Source of the DNA: Myxococcota bacterium
GTDB taxonomy: Bacteria; Myxococcota_A; UBA796
DNA: 36,277 bases
Assembly: GCA_036127535.1 (NCBI GenBank)
Contig: JAYYRF010000434.1
Coordinates: forward strand, 1 to 36,277
Direction of reading: 5' to 3'
The notes beneath the pieces were generated by a model. It worked only from the letters and a program-made list of their open reading frames with translations. It had not been told where the DNA came from and did no database searches. The translations under genes were made by a program, and so were the position numbers. Shown piece by piece: positions 26,246-35,075 of this stretch; positions within the stretch are counted from its first letter, which is position 1; each line of letters starts with the position of its first letter.

Positions 26246-27313
26246 ATGAAAATTCTATCCATATCCAAAGCACATCCTGAGAATTACTACACACAAGAAG
26301 TTCTTCTCAGCGAGTTTAAAAAAGTTTGGGCGCAAAAACACCATAACCCCAGTCGCGTTGAGCGACTGCACAAAGCCGTTAGTGTGGGAGGTCGGTATCT
26401 CGCACTCAAAAGAGAAGAGTACTACGAGATAGAAAATTTTACGCAATCCAACGATCACTTCATTCGTGTTGCCACCGAGGTCGGAGAAAAAGCAATCCGA
26501 GCGGCATTGAACAAAGCCAATTTGAACGCTTCCGACGTAGACGCCCTGTTTTTTGTAAGTGTGACCGGTGTATCTACACCTTCGATCGACGCCCGTATGA
26601 TGAACCGCCTCCCTTTTCGTAAAGACACAAAGCGAATACCCATCTTTGGTCTTGGATGTGTTGCCGGCGCGGCCGGACTCGCGCGCGTGCACGACTACTT
26701 GCGAGCCTACCCCGATCAAGTAGCCATTCTTCTCTCCGTCGAACTTTGCTCTCTAACGCTCCAAAGAGAAGATTTATCCATTGCGAATCTTATATCCAGC
26801 GGCCTTTTCGGCGATGGTGGTGCCTGTATTGTGGCGGTTGGAGACGAACGAGCGAAGACAATTTCCTCTTCAGAAGAAAGACCGTCTGTTTATGCTACAC
26901 AAAGCAGATTCTATCCGGATACAGAAGATGTTATGGGGTGGTCTATCGGAGAAAAAGGCTTTCGTGTTATCCTCCAGGCTCGCGTTCCGCAGTTGGCGAG
27001 GGACTTCATTCGAGGTGATGTAGACGAATTTTTAGCTGCGCACCAATTGACGAGGGCCGATATCAAATGGTGGGTTTGTCATACCGGTGGTCCCAAGGTC
27101 ATCGATGCATTCCGCGATGCGCTCGAAATCCCAGAAGAAGCCGTATCTTTGACGAGAAAATCGCTTCGGTCTGTCGGCAATCTGTCCAGCGCATCGGTCT
27201 TATTTGTTCTCGCGGATACGATACGAGAACGACCTACCCAAAAAGGTGATCTCGGTCTTCTCATGGCCATGGGTCCCGGTTTTTGTTGTGAAATGGTACT
27301 CTTGCGATGGTAG
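26246..27313 (+). CDS. Type III polyketide synthase (chalcone/stilbene synthase superfamily, bacterial alkylresorcinol/alkylpyrone-synthase-like)
   Basis: The catalytic triad is recognisable: Cys138 in FGLGCVAG (TGT at 26657-26659), His279 in WVCHTGGPKV and Asn312 in SVGNLSSASV. The length is 355 aa. Confidence 0.92.
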   Translation: MKILSISKAHPENYYTQEVLLSEFKKVWAQKHHNPSRVERLHKAVSVGGRYLALKREEYYEIENFTQSNDHFIRVATEVGEKAIRAALNKANLNASDVDALFFVSVTGVSTPSIDARMMNRLPFRKDTKRIPIFGLGCVAGAAGLARVHDYLRAYPDQVAILLSVELCSLTLQREDLSIANLISSGLFGDGGACIVAVGDERAKTISSSEERPSVYATQSRFYPDTEDVMGWSIGEKGFRVILQARVPQLARDFIRGDVDEFLAAHQLTRADIKWWVCHTGGPKVIDAFRDALEIPEEAVSLTRKSLRSVGNLSSASVLFVLADTIRERPTQKGDLGLLMAMGPGFCCEMVLLRW

Positions 27314-27843
27314 GACTCTACCTATATAGCGGCTTTATCGCGGCTACAGCTATCGAACGATTGATCGAAGTACGTGTTTCTCTGCGAAATGCAAAGTGGA
27401 GCTTTGAGCGCGGTGGCATAGAGTACGGAAAGGGACATTACCCTTTTATGGTTATACTGCACACCGGATTTTTATTTGCCTGCGTACTGGAAGCGTGGTT
27501 GCTGCATCGAACGTTTATGCCCATGCTGGGGTACCCGATGTTGATCATAGCCATCCTATGTCAAGCCCTACGATGGTGGATCATACAAACCCTCGGGGAG
27601 CAATGGAATACCCGGGTAATTATCGTTCCCAATCTACCGCGGGTGACCAAAGGTCCTTATCGGTGGTTTTCTCATCCCAATTACATCGTCGTCGCATTGG
27701 AAGGCGTTGCGCTTCCTTTAATCTACAACGCGTATTTCACCGCCATTGGATTCACCTTGTTGAACCTTCTCTTGATGCTCGTACGCATCCGCTGTGAAAA
27801 CCAAGCCTTAGAATCCCTTTCTCAAGCCCCACAGGAATCTTAA
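27307..27843 (+). CDS. Isoprenylcysteine carboxyl methyltransferase (ICMT)-like integral membrane methyltransferase
   Basis: Multiple TM segments and the ICMT-type block VTKGPYRWFSHPNYIVVALEGVALP. The ATG overlaps the PKS end by 7 nt. Confidence 0.85.
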   Translation: MVGLYLYSGFIAATAIERLIEVRVSLRNAKWSFERGGIEYGKGHYPFMVILHTGFLFACVLEAWLLHRTFMPMLGYPMLIIAILCQALRWWIIQTLGEQWNTRVIIVPNLPRVTKGPYRWFSHPNYIVVALEGVALPLIYNAYFTAIGFTLLNLLLMLVRIRCENQALESLSQAPQES

Positions 27844-28085
27844 TGTCCCCATCGAATGAAATCTTCGCGGTCATAACAGGTATTATCAAGGAAGAGCTTG
27901 GATGGAAAGAGTCTCTCTCTCCCCAACATCCCGTCACAGAACTCGATTCGATGCAGCAGTTATCGTTGATTGTCGCACTGGAAGATCATTTTGAAATTTG
28001 TTTGGATCCAGAGGATGAGAAACAAGTCGAGACCCTAAACGATCTCGTCTCTCTCATTCAAGCAAAATTAAACAGTAAGAGTTGA
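27843..28085 (+). CDS. Stand-alone acyl carrier protein
   Basis: 80 aa and acidic, with the phosphopantetheine attachment motif LDSM (Ser36). The ATG overlaps the upstream TAA by 1 nt. Confidence 0.85.
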   Translation: MSPSNEIFAVITGIIKEELGWKESLSPQHPVTELDSMQQLSLIVALEDHFEICLDPEDEKQVETLNDLVSLIQAKLNSKS

Positions 28086-28086
28086 T

Positions 28087-29796
28087 ATGACCACGCTAAT
28101 TCAGAAACTCAAAGAAGCCTGTACGACAGAGTCCGCGATAGAAGGTTTTACCTTCGTCGATCGCAAAGAGAACGCTACGCACTACCCCTTCGCTGCCGTA
28201 TGGAAACGTACCCGGAAAGCCGCGGCATTCTTGCAAAGCATGGGAATCCAAAAAGGGGACTCCGTTGCCATTTTATTACCGACCTGCATCGAGTTTATGG
28301 ATATATTTTTGGGCGCGCAATTCATTGGTGCTATACCGGTTCCTCTCTATCCGCCGATGCGTCTCGGAAAGCTCGATGAGTACTTCGACAAAACCGCCAG
28401 TATGCTCGAAGCGGCGAATGTGAAGCTGATCGTTACGAATCCACGCATCAAACGCATCTTGGGTCAGCTGGTTCAACGCTATGCGCCGCGCCATGGAATT
28501 ATCATCGCATCGGATCTTCAAAAGGGGGAGAATCCAACTCCCGTGTCGCTTTCTCCCGACGATATTGCCATGGCACAGTTCTCTTCTGGAACAACGCAAA
28601 ATCCAAAGCCGGTTGCCTTAACCCATCGACAAACCCTCTCGAACGTCGTCGCGATTTACCAAACCTTTCCCGATAGTCTCCATCACAAAACAGGCTGTTC
28701 TTGGCTACCCCTTTATCATGACATGGGGCTGATTGGCTGTATCTTTCCCGCAATTTCCATTCCCGGTCGGATCGTCCTGATCTCTCCAGAGATCTTCTTA
28801 GCCAAGCCTTCTATTTGGCTTCGTACCATCTCAAAGTACAAAGCCTTTATATCTCCCGCTCCTAATTTCGCATATTCTCTTTGTACGGAAAGAATCAAAG
28901 AATCAGAATTAGACGGTGTAGATTTATCGTGTTGGAAAATGGCGCTCAACGGAGCGGAGCCCGTCGCGCCAGAACACCTTCGTAAATTTATCGAACGATT
29001 TCAAAAATATGGCTTTGCGAAAGAGGCGATTACACCCGTTTACGGACTGGCAGAGGCATCGTTGGCACTCACATTCTCTCGTTCAGATGCCCTTTTTACA
29101 TCGCACCATTTCGACCGAGACCAACTCGCCCAAGGAACAGCCGTTCAAGGAAGAACCAAACATTCTGTCGAACTGGCCAGTGTAGGAAAGCCATTGAGCG
29201 GGTTCTTCATCGAAATCCGAGACCAAAGGAATCGCGCCTTACCCAATGGTAAAGTGGGTACCATTTGGGCCAAAGGCCCATCTCTCACCAGTGGATATCT
29301 CAACAATCTCCCTTCCCCTATACTCAACGGATGGCTCAATACCGGGGATATTGGATTCTTCTTCGATGAAGAGCTGTTTATTTCTGGCCGTGAAAAAGAT
29401 GTTCTTGTCATTCGAGGACAAAACCACAGTCCCTACGATATCGAACACGCCGTCGACTCGGTTTCTGGTGTGCGAACCGGATGCTCGGTTGCCGTATCCC
29501 ACATATCGGAAGAGGGAGAGCGCCTGTTTGTTTTTGTAGAGTACCGAACGAGCTATCCCGCGATGGCGGAGGACTGTAAAAAGGCCATCGTGGCCAAAAC
29601 GGGCATTTGTCCGGATCTGGTTCTCCTATTGGAAGGAGGAACTCTACCTCGTACTTCCAGCGGAAAATTGCGTAGAAATCAAACACTTCAGAAATATTTG
29701 GCCAATCAATTGATCCCCCCCAAGAAAGTAAATTCGCTTTTGATCGCAGGTGCGTTAGCCAAAAGTGCACTCGGGTATTTGCGCGCAAGGAGATAA
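28087..29796 (+). CDS. Fatty acyl-AMP ligase (FAAL)-type adenylate-forming enzyme
   Basis: QFSSGTTQNPKPVALTH, YGLAEASLA, TGDIGFF...FISGREKDVLVIRGQNHSPYDIE and LPRTSSGKLRR. It starts 1 nt after the ACP stop. Assigning FAAL rather than acyl-CoA ligase rests on these FAAL-style motifs and the adjacent ACP. Confidence 0.85.
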   Translation: MTTLIQKLKEACTTESAIEGFTFVDRKENATHYPFAAVWKRTRKAAAFLQSMGIQKGDSVAILLPTCIEFMDIFLGAQFIGAIPVPLYPPMRLGKLDEYFDKTASMLEAANVKLIVTNPRIKRILGQLVQRYAPRHGIIIASDLQKGENPTPVSLSPDDIAMAQFSSGTTQNPKPVALTHRQTLSNVVAIYQTFPDSLHHKTGCSWLPLYHDMGLIGCIFPAISIPGRIVLISPEIFLAKPSIWLRTISKYKAFISPAPNFAYSLCTERIKESELDGVDLSCWKMALNGAEPVAPEHLRKFIERFQKYGFAKEAITPVYGLAEASLALTFSRSDALFTSHHFDRDQLAQGTAVQGRTKHSVELASVGKPLSGFFIEIRDQRNRALPNGKVGTIWAKGPSLTSGYLNNLPSPILNGWLNTGDIGFFFDEELFISGREKDVLVIRGQNHSPYDIEHAVDSVSGVRTGCSVAVSHISEEGERLFVFVEYRTSYPAMAEDCKKAIVAKTGICPDLVLLLEGGTLPRTSSGKLRRNQTLQKYLANQLIPPKKVNSLLIAGALAKSALGYLRARR

Positions 29797-29798
29797 AC

Positions 29799-30836
29799 AT
29801 GCGAGACCTCGTAATTGTCGGCGGTGGTCCAAGTGGTCTGTCGGCAGCCATACTGGCTGCTCAAAACGGTCTTAGCGTATCTATCATCGAACAGAAACGG
29901 GGAGTCATCGATAAAGCATGTGGCGAGGGTCTCATGCCCGCCGCGGTGACCGAACTCAACAGCATGGGTGTCTTCCCCGAACAAAGCCACATATTCAAAG
30001 GCATTCGTTATATAGAGGGCACCCAAGCCGCTGAAGGAACCTTTCGACAAGGCGTAGGGCTCGGTGTTCGTCGCCTCGCATTACACGAAGCTCTTCAAAA
30101 GCGCGCAGAAGAACTGGGCGTTGAACGGATTCACGAGCGTGTAAGCCAGTTCTCACAAACGGAAACGCATGTCAATGTCAATGACTACCAAGCGCGGTAT
30201 CTCTTCGCCGCAGATGGTTTGTATTCCTCTATCCGTAAAAAGCTCAACCTAAACCTTCCACACAAAAGACCTTTGCGCTTGGGACTCCGAAGACACTATC
30301 GGCAAAAACCGTGGTCTCCCTTTGTCGAAGTCTACTGGTCCCCCTTTGCCGAAGCCTACGTTACCCCTGTAGCGGACGATCTCATTGGTGTTGCAATTCT
30401 GTACTATAAAGACAAGGCACCACCATCCCAAAACAAATACGAAGAACTCTTGGCTCGCTTTCCCACGCTACAAGAGAAACTCCATACACCGTGTACCAGT
30501 CTTCGAGGGTCGGGTCCCTTTGAACAACGGGTAAAAAGTCGTGTATCTGGTCGTATCTTGCTTGTAGGAGACGCAGCCGGCTATCTGGATCCGCTCACCG
30601 GAGAAGGCATTCGTCTCGGACTCGACTCTGCAAAAGCAGCTGTACAGTGTATTGTAGCCGATCAGCCGGAAAGATATGATAAAGCCTGGAAGAAAGTCTC
30701 ACGCCGATACTGGTGGATGACAGACGGCCTCTTGAAACTCCGCGCCGTCCCTCCCCTGCGAAAACTCATGATTCCCGTTCTACAAAGAGCTCCGTGGCTC
30801 TTTCGCTCCATCGTATCCACCCTTGCAGAAGCTTAA
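29799..30836 (+). CDS. FAD-dependent oxidoreductase/monooxygenase (geranylgeranyl-reductase-like family)
   Basis: VIVGGGPSGLSAAILAA, DKACGEGL and LVGDAAGYLDPLTGEGI. It starts 2 nt after the FAAL stop. Confidence 0.85.
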   Translation: MRDLVIVGGGPSGLSAAILAAQNGLSVSIIEQKRGVIDKACGEGLMPAAVTELNSMGVFPEQSHIFKGIRYIEGTQAAEGTFRQGVGLGVRRLALHEALQKRAEELGVERIHERVSQFSQTETHVNVNDYQARYLFAADGLYSSIRKKLNLNLPHKRPLRLGLRRHYRQKPWSPFVEVYWSPFAEAYVTPVADDLIGVAILYYKDKAPPSQNKYEELLARFPTLQEKLHTPCTSLRGSGPFEQRVKSRVSGRILLVGDAAGYLDPLTGEGIRLGLDSAKAAVQCIVADQPERYDKAWKKVSRRYWWMTDGLLKLRAVPPLRKLMIPVLQRAPWLFRSIVSTLAEA

Positions 30837-30905
30837 GACCCAGATCGTCTTTCGAGATGCACATACTACCCAAAAGAGATAAGACATCTCTTTGGAGTGT
30901 CGAGT

Positions 30906-31751
30906 ATGTCTATCTTTCATCCAGGTCTACTAGAAGACCGTGTGGCCATCGTAACCGGGGGCGGAAGCGGTATTGGTGCATCCATATCTTACCTTTTCTC
31001 TCAACTCGGCGCCCGCGTCATCATTGCCTCCCGCAAAGAAGAGCGCATTCAAAAAGCAGCAGCCGGCCTGAGTGCCCTCACCCAAAATGAGGTACAAGGA
31101 TTGGTCTGTGATATACGCAATCGAGAAAGCGTACAATCACTCGTCAAAACCGTCATGCAAAAACATGGAAAAATCGATATCCTTGTCAATAATGGCGGAG
31201 GCCAATTTATGTCTCCGGCAGAACACATTCGTCCAAAGGGCTGGGACTCTGTAATATCGACCAATTTGACGGGTACATGGAACATGTGCCAAGCGGTTGC
31301 CAAAGCCCATATGCTCAAACATAGAGGAAAAATCATTAACATCACCATGCTGACGGATCGTGGTTTTCCCGGAATGAGTCATTCGTGTGCTTCTCGTGCT
31401 GGTGTAGAGGGCATGACAAAAAGCCTCGCCGTCGAATGGGCAACCAAAGGGATCTCCATCAACTGTATTCAGCCAGGGATTATTGCGTCCAACGGGATGC
31501 GAAACTATCCTGGTGGCGAAGCAATCGCCCGACAGGTGCGATCTGAGATACCGATGAAACGCTTGGGACATTGCGATGAAGTAGCGAACTTGGTTGCATT
31601 CCTCGCTTCTCCAGCGGGAAATTATATTACGGGTCAAATTTGGGCGATCGATGGTGGACGAAATCTTTGGGGTAAGACATGGCCATTACCCGACCCGAAA
31701 AATATGGAACCGGTACAAATCCAAGATTGGCCGTGGGAACAAGAAGATTAA
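30906..31751 (+). CDS. Short-chain dehydrogenase/reductase, trans-2-enoyl-CoA reductase (PECR)/dienoyl-CoA-reductase-like
   Basis: TGGGSGIG cofactor motif and NNGGGQF, which is typical of PECR-like SDRs. The ATG at 30906 lies 8 nt after GGAG. The GTG at 30897 overlaps that SD. Confidence 0.85.
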   Translation: MSIFHPGLLEDRVAIVTGGGSGIGASISYLFSQLGARVIIASRKEERIQKAAAGLSALTQNEVQGLVCDIRNRESVQSLVKTVMQKHGKIDILVNNGGGQFMSPAEHIRPKGWDSVISTNLTGTWNMCQAVAKAHMLKHRGKIINITMLTDRGFPGMSHSCASRAGVEGMTKSLAVEWATKGISINCIQPGIIASNGMRNYPGGEAIARQVRSEIPMKRLGHCDEVANLVAFLASPAGNYITGQIWAIDGGRNLWGKTWPLPDPKNMEPVQIQDWPWEQED

Positions 31752-32584
31752 AAAGATCCGTGGTACTCCAAACGAAAACCATCGTCGAGGAAGTATAAAC
31801 CTCCACCCGTACCGGTCAGTGCGACTCCGCCAATCAGAAGACCGAGACTAACCCAACGCGCCGTTTGGAAATCGTTTGTGAGCTGATCGGCTTCCGCTCG
31901 GTTAATGGAAGCAGGATTCAAACGAGCATCTTCGATCTCTTGCCACTGTGGATTCATCCAAAGGGTTGAGCTCAGAATCCCCGCTCCAAGCAAGGCAACG
32001 CCACCCGTCCCCACGGCAACCGAAAGGGCTTTGTTCGGTTCCTTTTCTTCTCCCACACAGGTCTTTTGCCAATCGAAGGACGTCGGAACTTGCATCCAAT
32101 GCGTTTCGACATATGATCCGCAGTCCCGCTGGAAAAAATGTTCTCCAGCATATACAAATGCGTTTTCACCCGCAGTTTGTCCATTGATGTACCATGTTTG
32201 GTCAGCAGGGATCCGCACCAACACTTCTTTTTGTGACTGTACCTCTTCTCGCAACATCGACCAAATGGACTCGATCTCCGATTCGACCGGTATACCGAGT
32301 TCCCATTCAAAACCGGGACTCATGGCCGCTACCGCTCTCCATACCGTGAAGGCCGCATCATTTTTATCGGTTTTATATAGGATGTATCCTTTAAAGAGAT
32401 ACAAGCGAATAATGTCGGATGCCAACAAAACGCCGCGAGCCCGCTTTTGCTCCCCTTCTAAATGACGAACCAAGCGCATCGCCTTTCCCCATTTGCGAGA
32501 GGCGACCTGTCGCTGCACTTCTATAATCGGAGCGGCAAAAGAGTCGATGTCAACAGCGTGCGCAAAGGAGAAAAGAAAGAGCAT
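31748..32584 (-). CDS. Hypothetical secreted/membrane-anchored protein
   Basis: A short signal (MLFLFSFAHA) and two hydrophobic segments near the C-terminus (ALSVAVGTGGVALLGAGIL, WVSLGLLIGGVALTG). It starts 14 nt downstream of the kinase gene. Confidence 0.65.
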   Translation of the reverse strand: MLFLFSFAHAVDIDSFAAPIIEVQRQVASRKWGKAMRLVRHLEGEQKRARGVLLASDIIRLYLFKGYILYKTDKNDAAFTVWRAVAAMSPGFEWELGIPVESEIESIWSMLREEVQSQKEVLVRIPADQTWYINGQTAGENAFVYAGEHFFQRDCGSYVETHWMQVPTSFDWQKTCVGEEKEPNKALSVAVGTGGVALLGAGILSSTLWMNPQWQEIEDARLNPASINRAEADQLTNDFQTARWVSLGLLIGGVALTGTGGGLYFLDDGFRLEYHGSF

Positions 32585-32598
32585 TGAGAATGTCTACC

Positions 32599-34251
32599 CT
32601 ATTTGCAGTCGCCTTTCCAAGTCGCCTCTGACCATTTCTGTTTGTCAGAATCGAGTTTTAAAACATACTCGCAGTTTCCGCCTTCCGTTACCTTGATCGA
32701 AGTAGAGTCCGTCTTGAGACTCTTATCGCTGGACTTAATCGTATATGTACCATTAAAGGCATTGCTTAGCGTGATTTCTTCTTCGGTAGACCATTTCTTT
32801 TTAAACTTTGGTTTTTTTCCGCGAGGGCTTTGTATCGTTAATTCAACCTTGGAGGACGGTCTAACTTTGAGAGTCAATTTGCCCCCATCTTTAGACTTTA
32901 GATCAAAGGTTCCTCCCTTAACTCCGGATTTCTTTACCGTAACCACCGTTTTGGTATCGGTTTTCGTTTGTTCCCCTTTGTCGAGCATGGATGGTACAAT
33001 GACTACGGCTGCAACCGCAAGACCAACCAGTAGCAGAGCACCGATGCCGATGAACAAACCAATTTTAGACTTTTTGGGCTCGGGTTGTGACGGGATCGGA
33101 TCGGGTTCAGAGTGGGTTGTTCGAACCGTCGGCTCCGGTTCAGGAGTAGGATTCGTCTCTACAATCGGCATCGTAGATTCCGGAACCCCCGGGTCGATTT
33201 CGATGGGCGAAGAAATATCCCCTTCTACAGCCTCTTCTCGATTGAAGGCCTTTGAAGAGTCTTCAAACACAATCGTTCCGGCTAAGGGATCTTCTTTTAT
33301 TTCCTTTGCTTTACCGCTGTCTTTACAAGATTGTACAGTTTCGCGACAAAACTTGCGCAAAGAACCGTCGTTGACGAGAACGGAGAGGCTCTCCATTTGG
33401 TTCAACATTTCTTGTAGATCGGGGCGCTCCTCGTGCGAATATGAAAGCATCTGACGAACAACGCCCAAAATGGCTTCCTTGACCGACGTGTCGACCTCGT
33501 AGCGCTCCAATGCCTCTTCAAAGAGCTTGATGCGATTTTGTATCTCTACATCAAACTTTTCGCGCATCGGGTTGATCTTGCCAAAACGCTTTAAGCTCAA
33601 AAGTTCGTAGAACGAGACACCCAACGAGTAAATATCACCGGATGGACGATCGGTGTCATCTAAAAGAAGTCGCTCCGGTGCCATATATCCAGCAGAACCA
33701 AAGGTAAGAGCAACCGTCGCTGCTTCTCTACCGTCAAAATTTGCTTGGGCGGTACCGAAATCTAATACTTTTACCTCGCCTTCAATGGTCAACATGATGT
33801 TACTTGGCTTTATGTCACGGTGAATCAACTTGAGTGGCTCCCCTCCTCGGGGGGGTCGAACGTTATAGGCCGCCAACATGGCAGAGGAGACAGCTTCTAT
33901 AATATCCAAAATAACCTTGAGAGGAATGGTAAGCCCTCGGTCACTGCAATAGGTAATGAGTGACTTCAAGTCCACGCCGTCCAGATACTCCATGATGACG
34001 GCACACTTTCCTTTTATGGACGTCAAATCTTCTACTCGAATGATATTGCGATGATTCAGCAGACCCAAGACACGTGCTTCGTCTCGAGAGCGCTGAACGA
34101 TTTCTTCGTGTTCGATCCACTTTCCGTGCAGAACTTTTATCGCTACAATCTTTGAAAAGTTACTATCTGTAATCATCTCAGACATGTACACTTTTCCAAA
34201 AGTTCCTTCTGATATTTTCTTCAAAAAGCGAAAACGCCGGCGTGGTTCCAT
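32599..34251 (-). CDS. Hanks-type Ser/Thr protein kinase with a TM helix and an extracytoplasmic Lys-rich beta domain
   Basis: GTFGKVY, VAIKVL, HRDIKPSNIM, DFGTA and GYMAPE. The TM helix is IGLFIGIGALLLVGLAVAAVVIV. The start is ATG 34251 (TTG 34263 is possible). Confidence 0.9.
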   Translation of the reverse strand: MEPRRRFRFLKKISEGTFGKVYMSEMITDSNFSKIVAIKVLHGKWIEHEEIVQRSRDEARVLGLLNHRNIIRVEDLTSIKGKCAVIMEYLDGVDLKSLITYCSDRGLTIPLKVILDIIEAVSSAMLAAYNVRPPRGGEPLKLIHRDIKPSNIMLTIEGEVKVLDFGTAQANFDGREAATVALTFGSAGYMAPERLLLDDTDRPSGDIYSLGVSFYELLSLKRFGKINPMREKFDVEIQNRIKLFEEALERYEVDTSVKEAILGVVRQMLSYSHEERPDLQEMLNQMESLSVLVNDGSLRKFCRETVQSCKDSGKAKEIKEDPLAGTIVFEDSSKAFNREEAVEGDISSPIEIDPGVPESTMPIVETNPTPEPEPTVRTTHSEPDPIPSQPEPKKSKIGLFIGIGALLLVGLAVAAVVIVPSMLDKGEQTKTDTKTVVTVKKSGVKGGTFDLKSKDGGKLTLKVRPSSKVELTIQSPRGKKPKFKKKWSTEEEITLSNAFNGTYTIKSSDKSLKTDSTSIKVTEGGNCEYVLKLDSDKQKWSEATWKGDCK

Positions 34252-34344
34252 ATAATCTACCAAGTGAACAAGTCTATAACTCTGTTTCTATCTGTTTTTA
34301 TCCGAATAATCCAACCTTAATGTAGCCGAATTGACAAAATTTTT

Positions 34345-35067
34345 CTACTCGGAAAAACAAATCGCCTCTGAAGGGTCGTTAGCTACTTCTGCAAAAACGT
34401 GCATTAAAGCAATGTAGTCTGCTATTTTAATGTCCATACCTTTGTTGGTCTTCAAAAACTCGTCCCAACTCCAATTTGCTCCGTCTCCAAAGGGTACATT
34501 TCTCGCTCGTATATCGTCGACTTGCTCTGTTAATACCGCTCCGATCCACATGAGCGTAGCGTCTATTTGAGGATCAGAACGCAACTCAAGCGTTCGGTAT
34601 ACAAAGTCAATCGGTAATACCTCCGACCACTCTTGGACTTGCAGGGAGGAAACCTGTTTGAGAGAAATTAAGTTGGGAGGATTGCTGCCGTCTTTTTCCA
34701 GCAAAAATTGCAACGCCCAATATCGTGGTCTTTCTGCCCCTTTGTCACAAAAACAGCGCTCTACCGATTTGGGATCTTCATCCATGGCATCTTTGAGCAG
34801 TCGCGCAATTTTATTCCTTTGTTTATCGTGTCGCTTAAAACTCTTTTTGGCGGCGCGCATCATTTTGGGAGACATGCCGAACGCGGATTCCAAATTGTCT
34901 TCTCGGTTTCGCGGAGCATAACTCACGTCGAATTTAACAAAACGATCAACGTAGGTAATTTTTTCGTCGCTCTTTTTGGCGACCAACATTTCCTTAGCGG
35001 ACATATAGGACACCAAAAGTCCCATACCGAGAACGGCACTCACATTTAGCCAAAGCCGCATTGACAT
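34345..35067 (-). CDS. Hypothetical protein with an N-terminal signal/anchor
   Basis: MSMRLWLNVSAVLGMGLLVSY hydrophobic N-terminus. It starts 8 nt downstream of the SLT-domain gene. I recognise no motif. Confidence 0.65.
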   Translation of the reverse strand: MSMRLWLNVSAVLGMGLLVSYMSAKEMLVAKKSDEKITYVDRFVKFDVSYAPRNREDNLESAFGMSPKMMRAAKKSFKRHDKQRNKIARLLKDAMDEDPKSVERCFCDKGAERPRYWALQFLLEKDGSNPPNLISLKQVSSLQVQEWSEVLPIDFVYRTLELRSDPQIDATLMWIGAVLTEQVDDIRARNVPFGDGANWSWDEFLKTNKGMDIKIADYIALMHVFAEVANDPSEAICFSE

Positions 35068-35075
35068 GTTTTCTC

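Noticed and set aside
32603-33454. A 283-aa + strand ORF antisense to the C-terminal half of the Ser/Thr kinase.
   Set aside because: The minus-strand frame is continuous with the kinase domain and encodes a clean TM helix plus ectodomain. The + strand translation is Ser/Gly/Thr-rich junk with no start context.
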